Shown piece after piece: positions 43,003 through 52,635 of a stretch of DNA of 64,000 nt. This stretch comes from an uncultured Gammaproteobacteria bacterium (GTDB taxonomy: Bacteria > Pseudomonadota > Gammaproteobacteria > UBA9214). The notes beneath the pieces were generated by a model, which saw only the letters and a list, made by a program, of their open reading frames with translations, searched no databases and had not been told where the DNA came from. Each line of letters begins with the position of its first letter. The stretch's first letter is position 1. The position numbers and the translations under genes were made by a program. Location of the stretch: contig CAVVHS010000009.1 of assembly GCA_963748215.1 (NCBI GenBank), positions 384,001-448,000 on the forward strand, given 5' to 3'.

Positions 43003-43030
43003 AAACACAGGGGCCTGGCCCCTGTTTATT
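43003..43030 (+). terminator. Probable intrinsic terminator after trpB2
   Basis: acaggggc-ctg-gcccctgt hairpin followed by ttatt. Confidence 0.5.
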
Positions 43031-43198
43031 GAATCCCTGCATCTGCTTTTGTTGTGGCGCGTATCAGCACCCGCCCGAATCCTCAGCCTGCAGTGACTTC
43101 TGCGTGAAAGGCACCCTGCATTCTATTTACACTTCCCGGTTTTCCGATGAGGCGGCGGATTAAATCGGCCGCATGGGCACATGGATCTGCGCGCATGC

Positions 43199-44371
43199 TC
43201 AACGACCCCTGCTGATTCGCTTGTACACCCCCAGCGCCATGAATATTGCTGTGCAGAATGACAGCAGCGCGACTACAGGACTTTTCACGGCGAATACGAC
43301 CGGCGTCAACACCAAGCGCGTGATGGTTTTAAGGCCTTCGTTGTGTTCGATGTAAGCGGCAATCGGTGGTGAAAAATCGTAGTACAGGGACACCAGCATC
43401 CGCCCCGGCCGGCTATGCATCAGTGTCTCATCCCTGAAACGGCGCAGGCTGCGCACATGCGGGTCCAGGTATGAGCCATAGGCAGCCGTGGCGATAAAAC
43501 AGCCACCGCCACCACCGCCTTCGACAATCCCGGTCCAGTTGCCTGTCACAGTGTTAGGCAGGACAGGGTCCAGCAGCGCAACATCGCTGATCTGGAATTC
43601 CCAGTCGATCGTGTAGGTCGATTCCGGAGCATCCAGCCAGTCGGTAGCAAAGGTGAGTGTCCGGGTCTGCCCCGGATCGAGGCTGACAGCCACTGGCAGG
43701 TTCGGTGACAGCGGTACTGCACCGAAGGCGCTGATGTTGAAGTGCGTCACGCTGACGGTAGCATCGGACGTCACCGGCCCGTTGTTGGCGACGTCCACAT
43801 AGAGAAAGAAGCGCAACTGGAAAGGGTCCGGAAAGGAAGTGTAGGCGCTATCAAGCGTGACGGACTCGATCTCCCAGTCAATGCAGAAGGCGCAGATAAT
43901 GTTCGTGGTGGCTAGCGCATCGAGTGGCAGCTGGGTGGCCGGCGCCACAACGTCCGCCCTGTTTGTTGCGCTGACCACGACGGCCGGGCCGGGTATCAGG
44001 TTCTGATTGACCATCACCTCGAGTCGCAGTCCGGCCGTCTTGTCGGCGACAGCCGTGCCCAGCGTTGGCAGCGTCCAGACACCGGACGCTTGATTGTAGC
44101 TCCCGCCGGGTGTGGGCGTGGCCTGCACGAATGTGACCTCCGCCGGCAGTGTGTCGAGTACCTCGACACCTGCAACGTCCGCCGTGCCTTCGTTCACGAC
44201 CTCCAGCCGGTATTCGATCAGGTCGCCTTCCCGCGCCGTTTCCGGTCCGTCCTTGGTAAGTGCCACGGTTGCACCGGTGCCTGTGAGTGGAAAGGCAAGC
44301 AGGGCGACGAGCAAGACAGGCACGGCAGGCTGTCGCATGTGCTTCATGCAAGGTTCAGGTTCGAGGATCAT
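43199..44371 (-). CDS. Exported DUF11 (Ig-like) domain protein with a CFI-box-CTERM tail
   Basis: Signal peptide, [25 protein letters not shown]11 pattern, [16 protein letters not shown]...LRRFRD...YY..SPPIA plus a TM and basic tail. Confidence 0.85.
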   Translation of the reverse strand: MILEPEPCMKHMRQPAVPVLLVALLAFPLTGTGATVALTKDGPETAREGDLIEYRLEVVNEGTADVAGVEVLDTLPAEVTFVQATPTPGGSYNQASGVWTLPTLGTAVADKTAGLRLEVMVNQNLIPGPAVVVSATNRADVVAPATQLPLDALATTNIICAFCIDWEIESVTLDSAYTSFPDPFQLRFFLYVDVANNGPVTSDATVSVTHFNISAFGAVPLSPNLPVAVSLDPGQTRTLTFATDWLDAPESTYTIDWEFQISDVALLDPVLPNTVTGNWTGIVEGGGGGGCFIATAAYGSYLDPHVRSLRRFRDETLMHSRPGRMLVSLYYDFSPPIAAYIEHNEGLKTITRLVLTPVVFAVKSPVVALLSFCTAIFMALGVYKRISRGR

Positions 44372-44484
44372 GGATATCTATACAAAGGGGGACAGGGTCG
44401 ACTGATTCGACCGTTGCCTGATATTGAAAATACGGGGTCGCTGACACTCGCAATGTATTACCATGGCCGCCGACCCCGTTGCTG

Positions 44485-45576
44485 TCAGTCCTTGATCACA
44501 CCCTTTACGTACCTGGCGACGATGGCGTGCCCTTTCCGGGTCGGATGGACGCCGTCCCAGAACAGGTAGCTGTCCGGTCTCCTGCAGGCATATGGAGGCA
44601 CGTTCGGCATGATGCAGGCATCGGTGACATTGCGCAGCCGGTAGTCCCGCGGATTCCCGACGATGTCACGAAACAGGGCGAAGGAATCGATGCGAGTGAA
44701 CGTGGTGCCGGGCAATGCCGCCTCCAGTCCGCCGATGATCGCCGCGAAGCCGGGGATCGCATCCGGAAAGTTGAACAGGGAGCACACCAGGTCATAGGGA
44801 GACGGGTACACGCTCTCGTTACCGCCCAGGTTGAACAGCAAGGTAAAGCAGGTGCCAAGCACGGGGGCATCCTCGATATTCAGCGGCGGATTGAATGCCG
44901 GTGTCAGCCCGAGGTCGGGCGAGTTGAAGACCAGAAACTCGCGTGCACCCTGCGAAAAATTGTACAGCGTCTGGACGGAGTCGGAAATCGAGGTCAGCGC
45001 CTCGATGATAATGCCCACGCTGGTTGCCCCGGTCGGATCGATTGCCAGCGCACGCACCGCATCGACAACATCGTTGCCACCGATAAACAGGACGTACAGC
45101 GGGTCGGCGGACGGGCTGTAGTTGACGTCCGCCATGAAATCATTGACCTGGGTGGGAAGGTGTCGGTTGGGACTGGTCGATGATGCGTCGCGCGCCCGCG
45201 CACCGCCATAGGCATAGTTTTTGCCCTGCTTTCTGCTGCTGAGGGATGGCCTGACATCCTTGCCGAGCCCCAGTGGCCTGGCAAGCTGCTCGATCCACAG
45301 CGCGCCGTTGCTGTGGTTCAGGCCGCCGCGGGCATAGGGGCCATCGGGAATCAGGAACTCATCGAGCAGATCGTAGGGCGGCCGGTTGACCAGCCCGGTT
45401 TCAATGAACTTGTTGCCGGTGTCGGACAGGCTGTCGCCGAAGATAACGAGGCCAGCCAGATCATCCGGGCGGTGCTCCGGTTTGCCATGCGGTCTGTCGG
45501 CCCAGGCACCGACAGGTGCCAGAAGGACTGCGGCCAGCAGCACGAAAACAAGGCGCAAGGGACGGGTAGTCATCAT
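44485..45576 (-). CDS. Secreted SGNH/GDSL hydrolase (lipase/acylhydrolase)
   Basis: FGDSLSDTGN, NYAYGGA, IGGND, FWDGVHPT. Confidence 0.9.
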   Translation of the reverse strand: MMTTRPLRLVFVLLAAVLLAPVGAWADRPHGKPEHRPDDLAGLVIFGDSLSDTGNKFIETGLVNRPPYDLLDEFLIPDGPYARGGLNHSNGALWIEQLARPLGLGKDVRPSLSSRKQGKNYAYGGARARDASSTSPNRHLPTQVNDFMADVNYSPSADPLYVLFIGGNDVVDAVRALAIDPTGATSVGIIIEALTSISDSVQTLYNFSQGAREFLVFNSPDLGLTPAFNPPLNIEDAPVLGTCFTLLFNLGGNESVYPSPYDLVCSLFNFPDAIPGFAAIIGGLEAALPGTTFTRIDSFALFRDIVGNPRDYRLRNVTDACIMPNVPPYACRRPDSYLFWDGVHPTRKGHAIVARYVKGVIKD

Positions 45577-45662
45577 GCATATTCTCCAGTGATTTCATTA
45601 TGGTTTGGAGTGACTGCATAACAGCCACCCGTCTTTGTAACACGATGCAGTGCGAAACCCGG

Positions 45663-45676
45663 TTGATTGACATCAA
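45663..45676. promoter_or_regulatory. Perfect FNR/Anr/Dnr-type box
   Basis: TTGAT-TGAC-ATCAA about 90 bp upstream of the GDSL start; a 1-mismatch box (TTGATATGAATCAG) lies at 45959-45972. Confidence 0.55.
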
Positions 45677-45713
45677 TAAGGCGGCATAAGTGTCGTGCGC
45701 TAATACGTATGTA

Positions 45714-45958
45714 CTAGCCTGATTTCTCACCGGGCGGCGGTTGGCCAACTAATGAGTTGAAATAACGAACAGAAACCCGTTCAGCAAAAAACAGCGTGTC
45801 ATCGGGCGCTGCCAATCCCGGCCCTGGCTGGTTCTCGCGCGCCCAAACTTGCTCTTCACTCAAGGGGCAGCTACGGCTACCCGTTTCGTTCCAGAGCGGC
45901 ATCCGGTCACACGAGCCCTGCACCAGCATCCGGGATCCCGGTGAGAAATGCGGGCTAG
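45714..45958. mobile_element. MITE (~240 bp) with terminal inverted repeats and CTAG flanks
   Basis: ctagcctgatttctcaccggg ... cccggtgagaaatgcgggctag; no coding capacity. Confidence 0.7.
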
Positions 45959-46271
45959 TTGATATGAATCAGAGGGGTCAGGGTTACTGGATTCGACACC
46001 TGGTTGATTATCCGCTGGTGCCTGACACTGATCTTTATCTTGCGTGCACCGACGCCCACGTATTCACCTTAGCTTGCTTCCGTCCCGTACGGGCCTCGAT
46101 CCCGGCCAGTCCGAAAACGTTCACGACCAGGGGGTTGCATCACCGCGCCGGTTTCCCGGTTCTGCATTGCCGGATCAGGTCCGTGCACCTTTATGATCGA
46201 ACCGGGGTCAGTCTAAGCCACCCCCCGCTTTCACCCCGGTTTCCATTGTGGTCGAACGGGACGTATATTAA

Positions 46272-46381
46272 GGAACCCCTGATTAATTCACTCATCGTCA
46301 TCCCGGCGCATGCCGGGATCCAGTGTTTTCAATGGTCTGGATGCCGGCATGCGCCGGCATGACGAATTAATCAGAGCTTCC
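46272..46381. mobile_element. 110-bp MITE (second copy), TSD TTAA
   Basis: ggaacccctgattaattc...gaattaatcagagcttcc flanked by TTAA; same length and core as 15406-15515. Confidence 0.85.
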
Positions 46382-46414
46382 TTAAGGAAAACCGGGGCCT
46401 GCTCACGGTTAATC

Positions 46415-47671
46415 ATGGAAACCGCGCGTGTGGATAAATCGGAACTCCTGAAACAGCTGCAACTCGACGCAAGCGTGCGTGGCACGGGTACGAGGCCGGC
46501 GGCTCCGCTGGTCATCGGATTGGTGGTCGCAGTGCTCGCGGGGCTCGGTGCCTGGTACTGGCTGGCCGGGGGCAAGGTGCTTCCGGTCACTACCGCGACG
46601 GCGCAGGCACTGAGCGGCGTCCAGGGCAGTACGTCCGTGCTCGATGCCACCGGCTATGTCACCGCACGACGGCAGGCCACGGTCTCGGCCAAGGTGACCG
46701 GGCAGGTCACCGAGGTGCTGATCGAGGAAGGCCAGCAGGTGCAGTCCGGCGAAGTGCTGGCGCGACTCGACAATAGCGACGCGCAGGCCCAGCTCGACCT
46801 GGCGCAGGCCCAGCTCGATGCGGCGCGCGCGCAGCTGGCAGGGCTGCGTCTGCTGCTTGCCCAGGCGCGGCGCGATGATGTGCGCCAGCAGGACCTGCTG
46901 GGGCGCAAACTCACCAGCCAGCAGGCGGCCGACGATGCGCGCACCCTGGTCGACACCCGCAATGCCGATATTGCCACCCAGCAGCGGCAGGTGGAGGTGA
47001 CCGAACGGGGTGTCGAGGTCGCGCAGGTCGCGCTGGACAATACCGTGATCAGGGCACCCTTTGCCGGGGTGATCACGGTCAAGGCGGCGCAGCCCGGCGA
47101 GATCGTGTCGCCATTCTCCGCCGGCGGCGGTTACACCCGTACCGGGATCGGCACCATTGTCGACATGGATTCGCTGGAGATCGAGGTGGAGGTCAACGAG
47201 GCCTACATCGGTCGCGTGCAGACCGACCAGCCTGTGCAGACCACGCTCAACGCCTACCCGGACTGGAAGATTCCCGGCAGGGTCATCGCGATCATTCCGG
47301 CCGCCGACCGCAGCAAGGCCACGGTGAAGGTGCGACTCAGCCTCGACGCGAAGGACGCACGCATCGTGCCCGACATGGGCGCACGCGTGGCGTTTCTCGA
47401 GAACAGCACAACCACGGTCCGGACCGGCATGCAAGCCGAAACACCGGCCGGGGTACTGGTCCCGGCCAATGCCATTCGCACCTCGGGTGACAGCGAGCAG
47501 GTGTTCGTGTTGACCGATGGGTACGCGCGCGCGCGGAGCGTGAAACTGGGACAGGCCTATTCGGACTTGCGCCAGGTGCTCGACGGGGTGAGTGCCGGTG
47601 AACGTGTCATACTCGCGCCGCCCGGTGATCTGCAGGACGGCGACCGGGTGAAAACGGAACAGCCCGGCTGA
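46415..47671 (+). CDS. Efflux periplasmic adaptor (MacA-like MFP)
   Basis: N-terminal TM, ATGYVTARRQATVSAKVTG, IRAPFAG, coiled-coil hairpin. Confidence 0.9.
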   Translation: METARVDKSELLKQLQLDASVRGTGTRPAAPLVIGLVVAVLAGLGAWYWLAGGKVLPVTTATAQALSGVQGSTSVLDATGYVTARRQATVSAKVTGQVTEVLIEEGQQVQSGEVLARLDNSDAQAQLDLAQAQLDAARAQLAGLRLLLAQARRDDVRQQDLLGRKLTSQQAADDARTLVDTRNADIATQQRQVEVTERGVEVAQVALDNTVIRAPFAGVITVKAAQPGEIVSPFSAGGGYTRTGIGTIVDMDSLEIEVEVNEAYIGRVQTDQPVQTTLNAYPDWKIPGRVIAIIPAADRSKATVKVRLSLDAKDARIVPDMGARVAFLENSTTTVRTGMQAETPAGVLVPANAIRTSGDSEQVFVLTDGYARARSVKLGQAYSDLRQVLDGVSAGERVILAPPGDLQDGDRVKTEQPG

Positions 47672-47706
47672 GCGCGCCCTGCGCCCGGGATTCGACGAGG
47701 TCAGGC

Positions 47707-48390
47707 ATGGACAATCTGGTTACCCTGCGCGGCGTTACCAAAAGCTACCGGCGTGGCAAGCAGAACATCGAGGTGCTGCACGGCATTGACATGGACATCG
47801 AGCAGGGTGATTTTGTCGCCTTGATGGGGCCGTCCGGGTCCGGCAAGACCACGCTGCTCAATCTCATCGGCGGGCTGGACAAGACAAGCGCAGGCAGCAT
47901 CGAGGTGGCAGGAACGCGTATCGATCGGTTGAACAGCGGCGAGCTGGCCAGGTGGCGGGCCGCCAATATCGGTTTCGTGTTCCAGTTCTACAACCTGCTG
48001 CCGATGCTCAGCGCGCAAAAGAATGTCGAATTGCCGCTGCTGCTGACACGGCTCTCCGCCCGTGACCGCAGGCGCAATGCCGCGATCGCGCTGGCACTGG
48101 TGGGCCTTGAGGACCGTGCACAACACCGGCCGGGCGAGTTGTCCGGCGGTCAGGAACAGCGCGTCGCCATCGCGCGCGCCATCGTGTCCGATCCGAAGAT
48201 CCTGGTCTGCGACGAACCGACCGGCGATCTCGATCGTCACACGGCTGACGAGATCATGGGTCTGCTGCAGCAGCTCAACCGCGAGCACGGCAAGACCATT
48301 GTCATGGTGACCCACGATCCCAAGGCGGCCGGGTTTGCGCATCGCCAGCTGCACCTGGACAAGGGCACGCTCGCCGGAGACGGGCCGTGA
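47707..48390 (+). CDS. ABC transporter ATP-binding protein (LolD/MacB-type)
   Basis: GPSGSGKTT, LSGGQEQRV, DEPTGDLD, VTHD. Confidence 0.93.
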   Translation: MDNLVTLRGVTKSYRRGKQNIEVLHGIDMDIEQGDFVALMGPSGSGKTTLLNLIGGLDKTSAGSIEVAGTRIDRLNSGELARWRAANIGFVFQFYNLLPMLSAQKNVELPLLLTRLSARDRRRNAAIALALVGLEDRAQHRPGELSGGQEQRVAIARAIVSDPKILVCDEPTGDLDRHTADEIMGLLQQLNREHGKTIVMVTHDPKAAGFAHRQLHLDKGTLAGDGP

Positions 48391-48403
48391 CCCGAACACG
48401 GTC

Positions 48404-49558
48404 ATGAGGTTTTTGCCGCTGATCTGGGCCGCCCTGTTGCGCAAGAAGGTGCGCACCATCCTGACCTTGCTGTCGATCATCGTCGCATTTCTGCTGTTCG
48501 GGATGCTCGATTCCGTGCGCGTCGCCTTTACCGTGCGCGACAGTCTGGAGGGCGCGAGCCGGCTGGTGGTGAGTTCCAAGCTGTCGATCATCCAGCCGCT
48601 GCCCTACGCGGACCTGGCGCAGATCCAGCGTGTCCCGGGGGTGGAGCAGGTGGCGTTCGCCAACTGGTTCGGCGGAATTTACCAGGAGCGCAAGAATTTC
48701 TTTGCCAACTTCGCCGTGAGTCCCAACTACCTGGACATGTATCCCGAGTTTGTGCTGCCCGAGGACCAGCGACAGGCCTTCCTCAAGACCCGCACCGCCG
48801 CGATTGTCGGCGACAATCTGGCCAAACGTTATGGTTTCAAGGTCGGCGACAGGATTCCGCTGCAGGCGACCATCTTTCCGCACAAGAACGGCGACAATAC
48901 CTGGACCTTCGATCTGGTCGGTATCTTTCGCACCCGAGAGGCGCGCGATCGCAACCAGGAAGACCAGATGCTTTTCAACTACGACTATTTCGACGAGGGA
49001 CGCACCTTCGGCCAGGGCACCGTCGGCTGGTACATGGTGAAGATCGGTGACCCGGAGCGTGCCACGGAGGTGGCCCAGGCCATCGATCGACTGTTCGCGA
49101 ACTCGGCCGATGAAACCAAGACCCAGACCGAGAAGCAGTTCAACCTGGATTTCGTCAAGCAGATCGGTGATATCGGCCTGATCGTCAGCTCGATCATGGG
49201 CGCGGTATTTTTTACCATCCTGCTGCTTACCGGCAATACCATGTCGCAGGGGGTGCGCGAGCGCATCCCGGAGCTGGCCGTGCTCAAGACCATCGGCTTC
49301 TCGAATCAGAGCGTATTGTGGCTGGTGCTGGGCGAATCGCTGCTGCTGGCCGCGATCGGCGGCAGCCTCGGTCTGCTGCTGGCGATGGCCGGCGCGGGTG
49401 CACTCAGTGCCGCCTTCCGCGGCGGTGCCTTTACTGTCGGCGCGCAGTCCTGGCTGACCGGCCTCATGATCATGCTGGTGCTGGGCGTTGGGGTGGGCCT
49501 GCCGCCGGCCTGGCGGGCAATGCGGCTGCGCATTGTCGATGCCCTGAACGAGCGTTGA
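48404..49558 (+). CDS. ABC transporter permease (FtsX/MacB-type)
   Basis: RTILTLLSI TM, periplasmic core, VRERIPELAVLKTIGF. Confidence 0.9.
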   Translation: MRFLPLIWAALLRKKVRTILTLLSIIVAFLLFGMLDSVRVAFTVRDSLEGASRLVVSSKLSIIQPLPYADLAQIQRVPGVEQVAFANWFGGIYQERKNFFANFAVSPNYLDMYPEFVLPEDQRQAFLKTRTAAIVGDNLAKRYGFKVGDRIPLQATIFPHKNGDNTWTFDLVGIFRTREARDRNQEDQMLFNYDYFDEGRTFGQGTVGWYMVKIGDPERATEVAQAIDRLFANSADETKTQTEKQFNLDFVKQIGDIGLIVSSIMGAVFFTILLLTGNTMSQGVRERIPELAVLKTIGFSNQSVLWLVLGESLLLAAIGGSLGLLLAMAGAGALSAAFRGGAFTVGAQSWLTGLMIMLVLGVGVGLPPAWRAMRLRIVDALNER

Positions 49559-49573
49559 GGGGGGAGCCTGCAC

Positions 49574-50755
49574 ATGCGCTGGCTGGAACAGATTTTCGAG
49601 ATCACCTGGATGAGCCTGGCGACCATTCCCCAGCGACTGGGTTCCGCGCTGGTGATCGTGGGAGGTATCGCCGGTGTGGTCGGCGTGCTGGTCGCACTGC
49701 TGGCGATCGGCGAGGGCTTTCAATCGGTACTTGCCCAGGCCGGGCGGCTGGACGATGCGATCGTGCTGCGCAAGGGCGCGAGTGCCGAACTCAACAGCGG
49801 CCTGAGCCGCGAAGATGTCGTGCTGGTTGCGCAGGCACCGGGCATACTGCGGGACAAAACCGGCAACCCGATCGCCTCGGCCGAGGTGGTGGTGGTCGCA
49901 AACCTGCCCAAGCGCAGTTCCGGCACCGATGCCAATGTCGAGATCCGCGGCGTGGGTCAGCGCGTCTGGGAGTTGCGCAGCAATGCGCGCATCATCGAAG
50001 GCCGGCGCTTCGAGACCGGCAAGCGCGAACTGGTGATCGGCAAGGCCGCGCAGACCGAGTTCGCCGGGCTGGAGGTCGGCAGGACGATTCGCCTTGGGCT
50101 GCAGGACTGGACGGTGGTGGGCGTGTTCGCCTCGAATGATGCGCACGAGTCGGAGTTGTGGAGCGATCCCGAGGTGTTGCAGGGCGCCTATAATCGCGAC
50201 GGCTTCCAGTCGGTCACGGTCAAGCTCACCGACGCCGATGCCTTCGACACACTCAAGGCCGCGTTGAGCAGCGATCCGCGCCTGAAGGTGGACGTGCAGC
50301 GCACGCGCGACTATTACGCTACGCAGTCCGAGGACCTGACGCGGCTGATACGCATCCTGGGTGTGGCGATCGCGGCCATCATGGGTGTCGGTGCCGTGTT
50401 CGGCGCGCTCAACACCATGTACGCGGCGGTATCCACGCGCTCGCGCGAGATCGCCACCCTGCGCGCGCTCGGCTTTTCCGCGACGCCGGTGGTGATCTCG
50501 GTGATGCTGGAGGCGGCGCTGCTGGCCCTGACAGGCGGAATGATCGGCGCCGGCATCGCCTGGGCTGTTTTCGATAACTACACGGCATCCACCCTGGGCG
50601 CGAATTTCAGCCAGGTGGTGTTCGCCTTCAAGGTCTCGCCGCAGCTGATCCTGAACGGTCTGCTGTGGGCGCTCGGCATCGGTCTGCTGGGTGGGCTGTT
50701 CCCGGCCGTCCACGCGGCACGCCAGCCCGTGACCAGCGCATTGCGTGCCTTGTAG
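49574..50755 (+). CDS. ABC transporter permease (FtsX/MacB-type)
   Basis: TM, periplasmic core, RSREIATLRALGF, GLFPA. Confidence 0.9.
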   Translation: MRWLEQIFEITWMSLATIPQRLGSALVIVGGIAGVVGVLVALLAIGEGFQSVLAQAGRLDDAIVLRKGASAELNSGLSREDVVLVAQAPGILRDKTGNPIASAEVVVVANLPKRSSGTDANVEIRGVGQRVWELRSNARIIEGRRFETGKRELVIGKAAQTEFAGLEVGRTIRLGLQDWTVVGVFASNDAHESELWSDPEVLQGAYNRDGFQSVTVKLTDADAFDTLKAALSSDPRLKVDVQRTRDYYATQSEDLTRLIRILGVAIAAIMGVGAVFGALNTMYAAVSTRSREIATLRALGFSATPVVISVMLEAALLALTGGMIGAGIAWAVFDNYTASTLGANFSQVVFAFKVSPQLILNGLLWALGIGLLGGLFPAVHAARQPVTSALRAL

Positions 50756-50873
50756 GAGACCAGCAACGGCGACAAGGCCGGGGCCAGCCTCTCGAATGGT
50801 TCCCGGTCTTGCCTTCTCCACGTGCTTGTAACTCCTGCCTCCCTGCACCACGCCTGCTCGAATGAAACACCGT

Positions 50874-50953
50874 TGGTCGAATGAATTCGACCCTACAGAA
50901 AAACCACTGGTCGAATGAACTCGACCCTACAAGGGCCGAATTCATTCGGCCAA
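50874..50953. repeat. GTAG-type REP cluster (GTAGGGTCGAATTCATTCGACC family); single copy also at ~33375-33397
   Basis: ggtcgaatgaattcgaccctac twice plus an inverted agggccgaattcattcggcc, between convergent genes. Confidence 0.75.
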
Positions 50954-51094
50954 CAACTTGCCTTCCCTGTCCAAAGGGAAAATATTTCAACTGTTGTCCT
51001 GCGATGCAGTCACAGCTTTTACCGGGCAGGGTATGCGCTGCTGACAGTCGTGACCGGCAGGCATCCAGATATGCAGCCCCGTTTTTCACCCGGG

Positions 51095-52036
51095 CTACGC
51101 ATTATTACAGCCATGATTCCGGAGATAAGACAGGTTTGCCTCGTTGAATGGCGTCGGCATCAGGCCGAAAGTATCGAATATATCCTGGCCGTCGCAGGTA
51201 TTTCCCTCCATCAGCATCGTTAGCTGGTCACGGGTAATCGGGAAAAACGCATAGCGATCGAGCACGGCGGCAATTCCCTTCAACAGCAGCACAGGCGCGG
51301 GAAGGGCCCATTTGGTGACGCCGCCGGCCCGCGCAATGGTCTGCAGGATATCCCGCCATGGCAGGGCATCGGCTCCGCACAGGCTGAAATTGCGACCCAC
51401 CGTTCCGGGCATATCCAGGGCCTTGACGAAGACCGCGGCGACATCCTTCACGTGCACGGGCGCCATACGGAACATGCCGGCGTCTGTCGGGAGCAGGCCA
51501 TCGAAAAACAGGGGTGCCGGCAGGGGGGAACGCACCACGTCCCGATACAGCTGGGTAGCGAATTCCAGTCTGCCGCGCGGGTCACCGAACAGCACGGAGG
51601 GTCGAAAGACGGTCCAGTCCAGACCGGTGCTGGCCAGATACTGTTCTGCCCGGTACTTGGTGCGCTGATAAGCGGTGCCGTCGATTTTCACGCCGTTGGC
51701 GCTCATCAGGATGAAGCGGCGCACGCCAGCCTGTTCTGCTGCATCCATCGCGTGTTTTGCACCCTCGAAATGCAATGCCTCGTAGGTTACACCCCGGGCC
51801 GGCGCTTCGCGCAGTATGCCGATGTTGTAGATCACCGCATCTGTACCATCGATGGCCATTTTTACCGCTGCCGGCTCGGCAATGTCACCCTGAACCAGCG
51901 TGCAACGCGCTGGCTGACTGACCTTGTCTTTGCTGGCGGGGCGTACCAGCACGACGGGGCGATGACCCCGATCCAGCAGCTCGTCGATGAGGTAACTGCC
52001 AACGAAGCCGGTCGCTCCGAAAACCGTGACTTTCAT
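51095..52036 (-). CDS. NAD(P)-binding atypical SDR, complex I NDUFA9-like
   Basis: VFGATGFVG, YQRTK, FRPSVLFG, PVHVKDVA, ITRDQLTML. Confidence 0.85.
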   Translation of the reverse strand: MKVTVFGATGFVGSYLIDELLDRGHRPVVLVRPASKDKVSQPARCTLVQGDIAEPAAVKMAIDGTDAVIYNIGILREAPARGVTYEALHFEGAKHAMDAAEQAGVRRFILMSANGVKIDGTAYQRTKYRAEQYLASTGLDWTVFRPSVLFGDPRGRLEFATQLYRDVVRSPLPAPLFFDGLLPTDAGMFRMAPVHVKDVAAVFVKALDMPGTVGRNFSLCGADALPWRDILQTIARAGGVTKWALPAPVLLLKGIAAVLDRYAFFPITRDQLTMLMEGNTCDGQDIFDTFGLMPTPFNEANLSYLRNHGCNNA

Positions 52037-52500
52037 GGTGCATTCTCCTTTCTCACGCGGGGCAGGCCCTGAGTGTTGGCAGTCGCACAACTGCCTGTGT
52101 CGCAGCGATGACGGTAGCGCCAGGCCGCGAAGTGGCGGTAGGCGAACCCGAGGGGGTGGCGCAAGCCAAGTACCGACACCGAGCGTGCCAGCCAGCGGTA
52201 ACCGGGCAGGTGGTTCCAGATGACCATGAAAGCATCGATACCGCGCTGCCACTGCCCGGTCCTGTCCAGCACGTGCAGTTCAGCCATGGCGGCCTCGAGT
52301 GCGAGGCCATGCGCGGCCAGTGTGCCGGCTGCGCTGGTTGCATCCACCCAGTGCAGCCGGGCCGCCTTGTCCATGCGTCGATAATGGGCAATCTCGCGAC
52401 GGCATAGCGGGCAGCCGCCGTCGAAAAATACCACCGGGCGTGATCCGGCAGGAGTGGTCATCGTGTGCAAATCCGGCTCCGTAGCGGGTGTGACTGGCAT
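52033..52500 (-). CDS. DCC1-like thiol-disulfide oxidoreductase (DUF393)
   Basis: FFDGGCPLCRREI (DxxCxxC); GIDAF; overlaps the start of the SDR gene. Confidence 0.88.
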   Translation of the reverse strand: MPVTPATEPDLHTMTTPAGSRPVVFFDGGCPLCRREIAHYRRMDKAARLHWVDATSAAGTLAAHGLALEAAMAELHVLDRTGQWQRGIDAFMVIWNHLPGYRWLARSVSVLGLRHPLGFAYRHFAAWRYRHRCDTGSCATANTQGLPRVRKENAP

Positions 52501-52515
52501 TGTTCTTGTGTCCTT

Positions 52516-52572
52516 TGTATATCTGTACAACAATTGTACGCTGACTGTACATTTTTGTACAGATAATGTATA
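52516..52572. promoter_or_regulatory. Divergent promoter with six TGTAC/TGTAT hexamers phased about 11 bp apart (CarH/LitR-like operator)
   Basis: tgtata 52516, TGTACA 52524, tgtacg 52535, TGTACA 52546, TGTACA 52556, tgtata 52567. Confidence 0.75.
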
Positions 52573-52635
52573 AGGTCGTTGTGGATCAGCCATGCGCGGC
52601 TATCAACACGCCAATCAACCTCAAAGGAGACGATC

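Noticed and set aside
48302-50851. Long antisense ORFs (849 aa here; also 7447-8637, 12783-14036 and 56985-58508)
   Set aside because: Shadow ORFs opposite well-supported high-GC genes, with no recognisable motifs.
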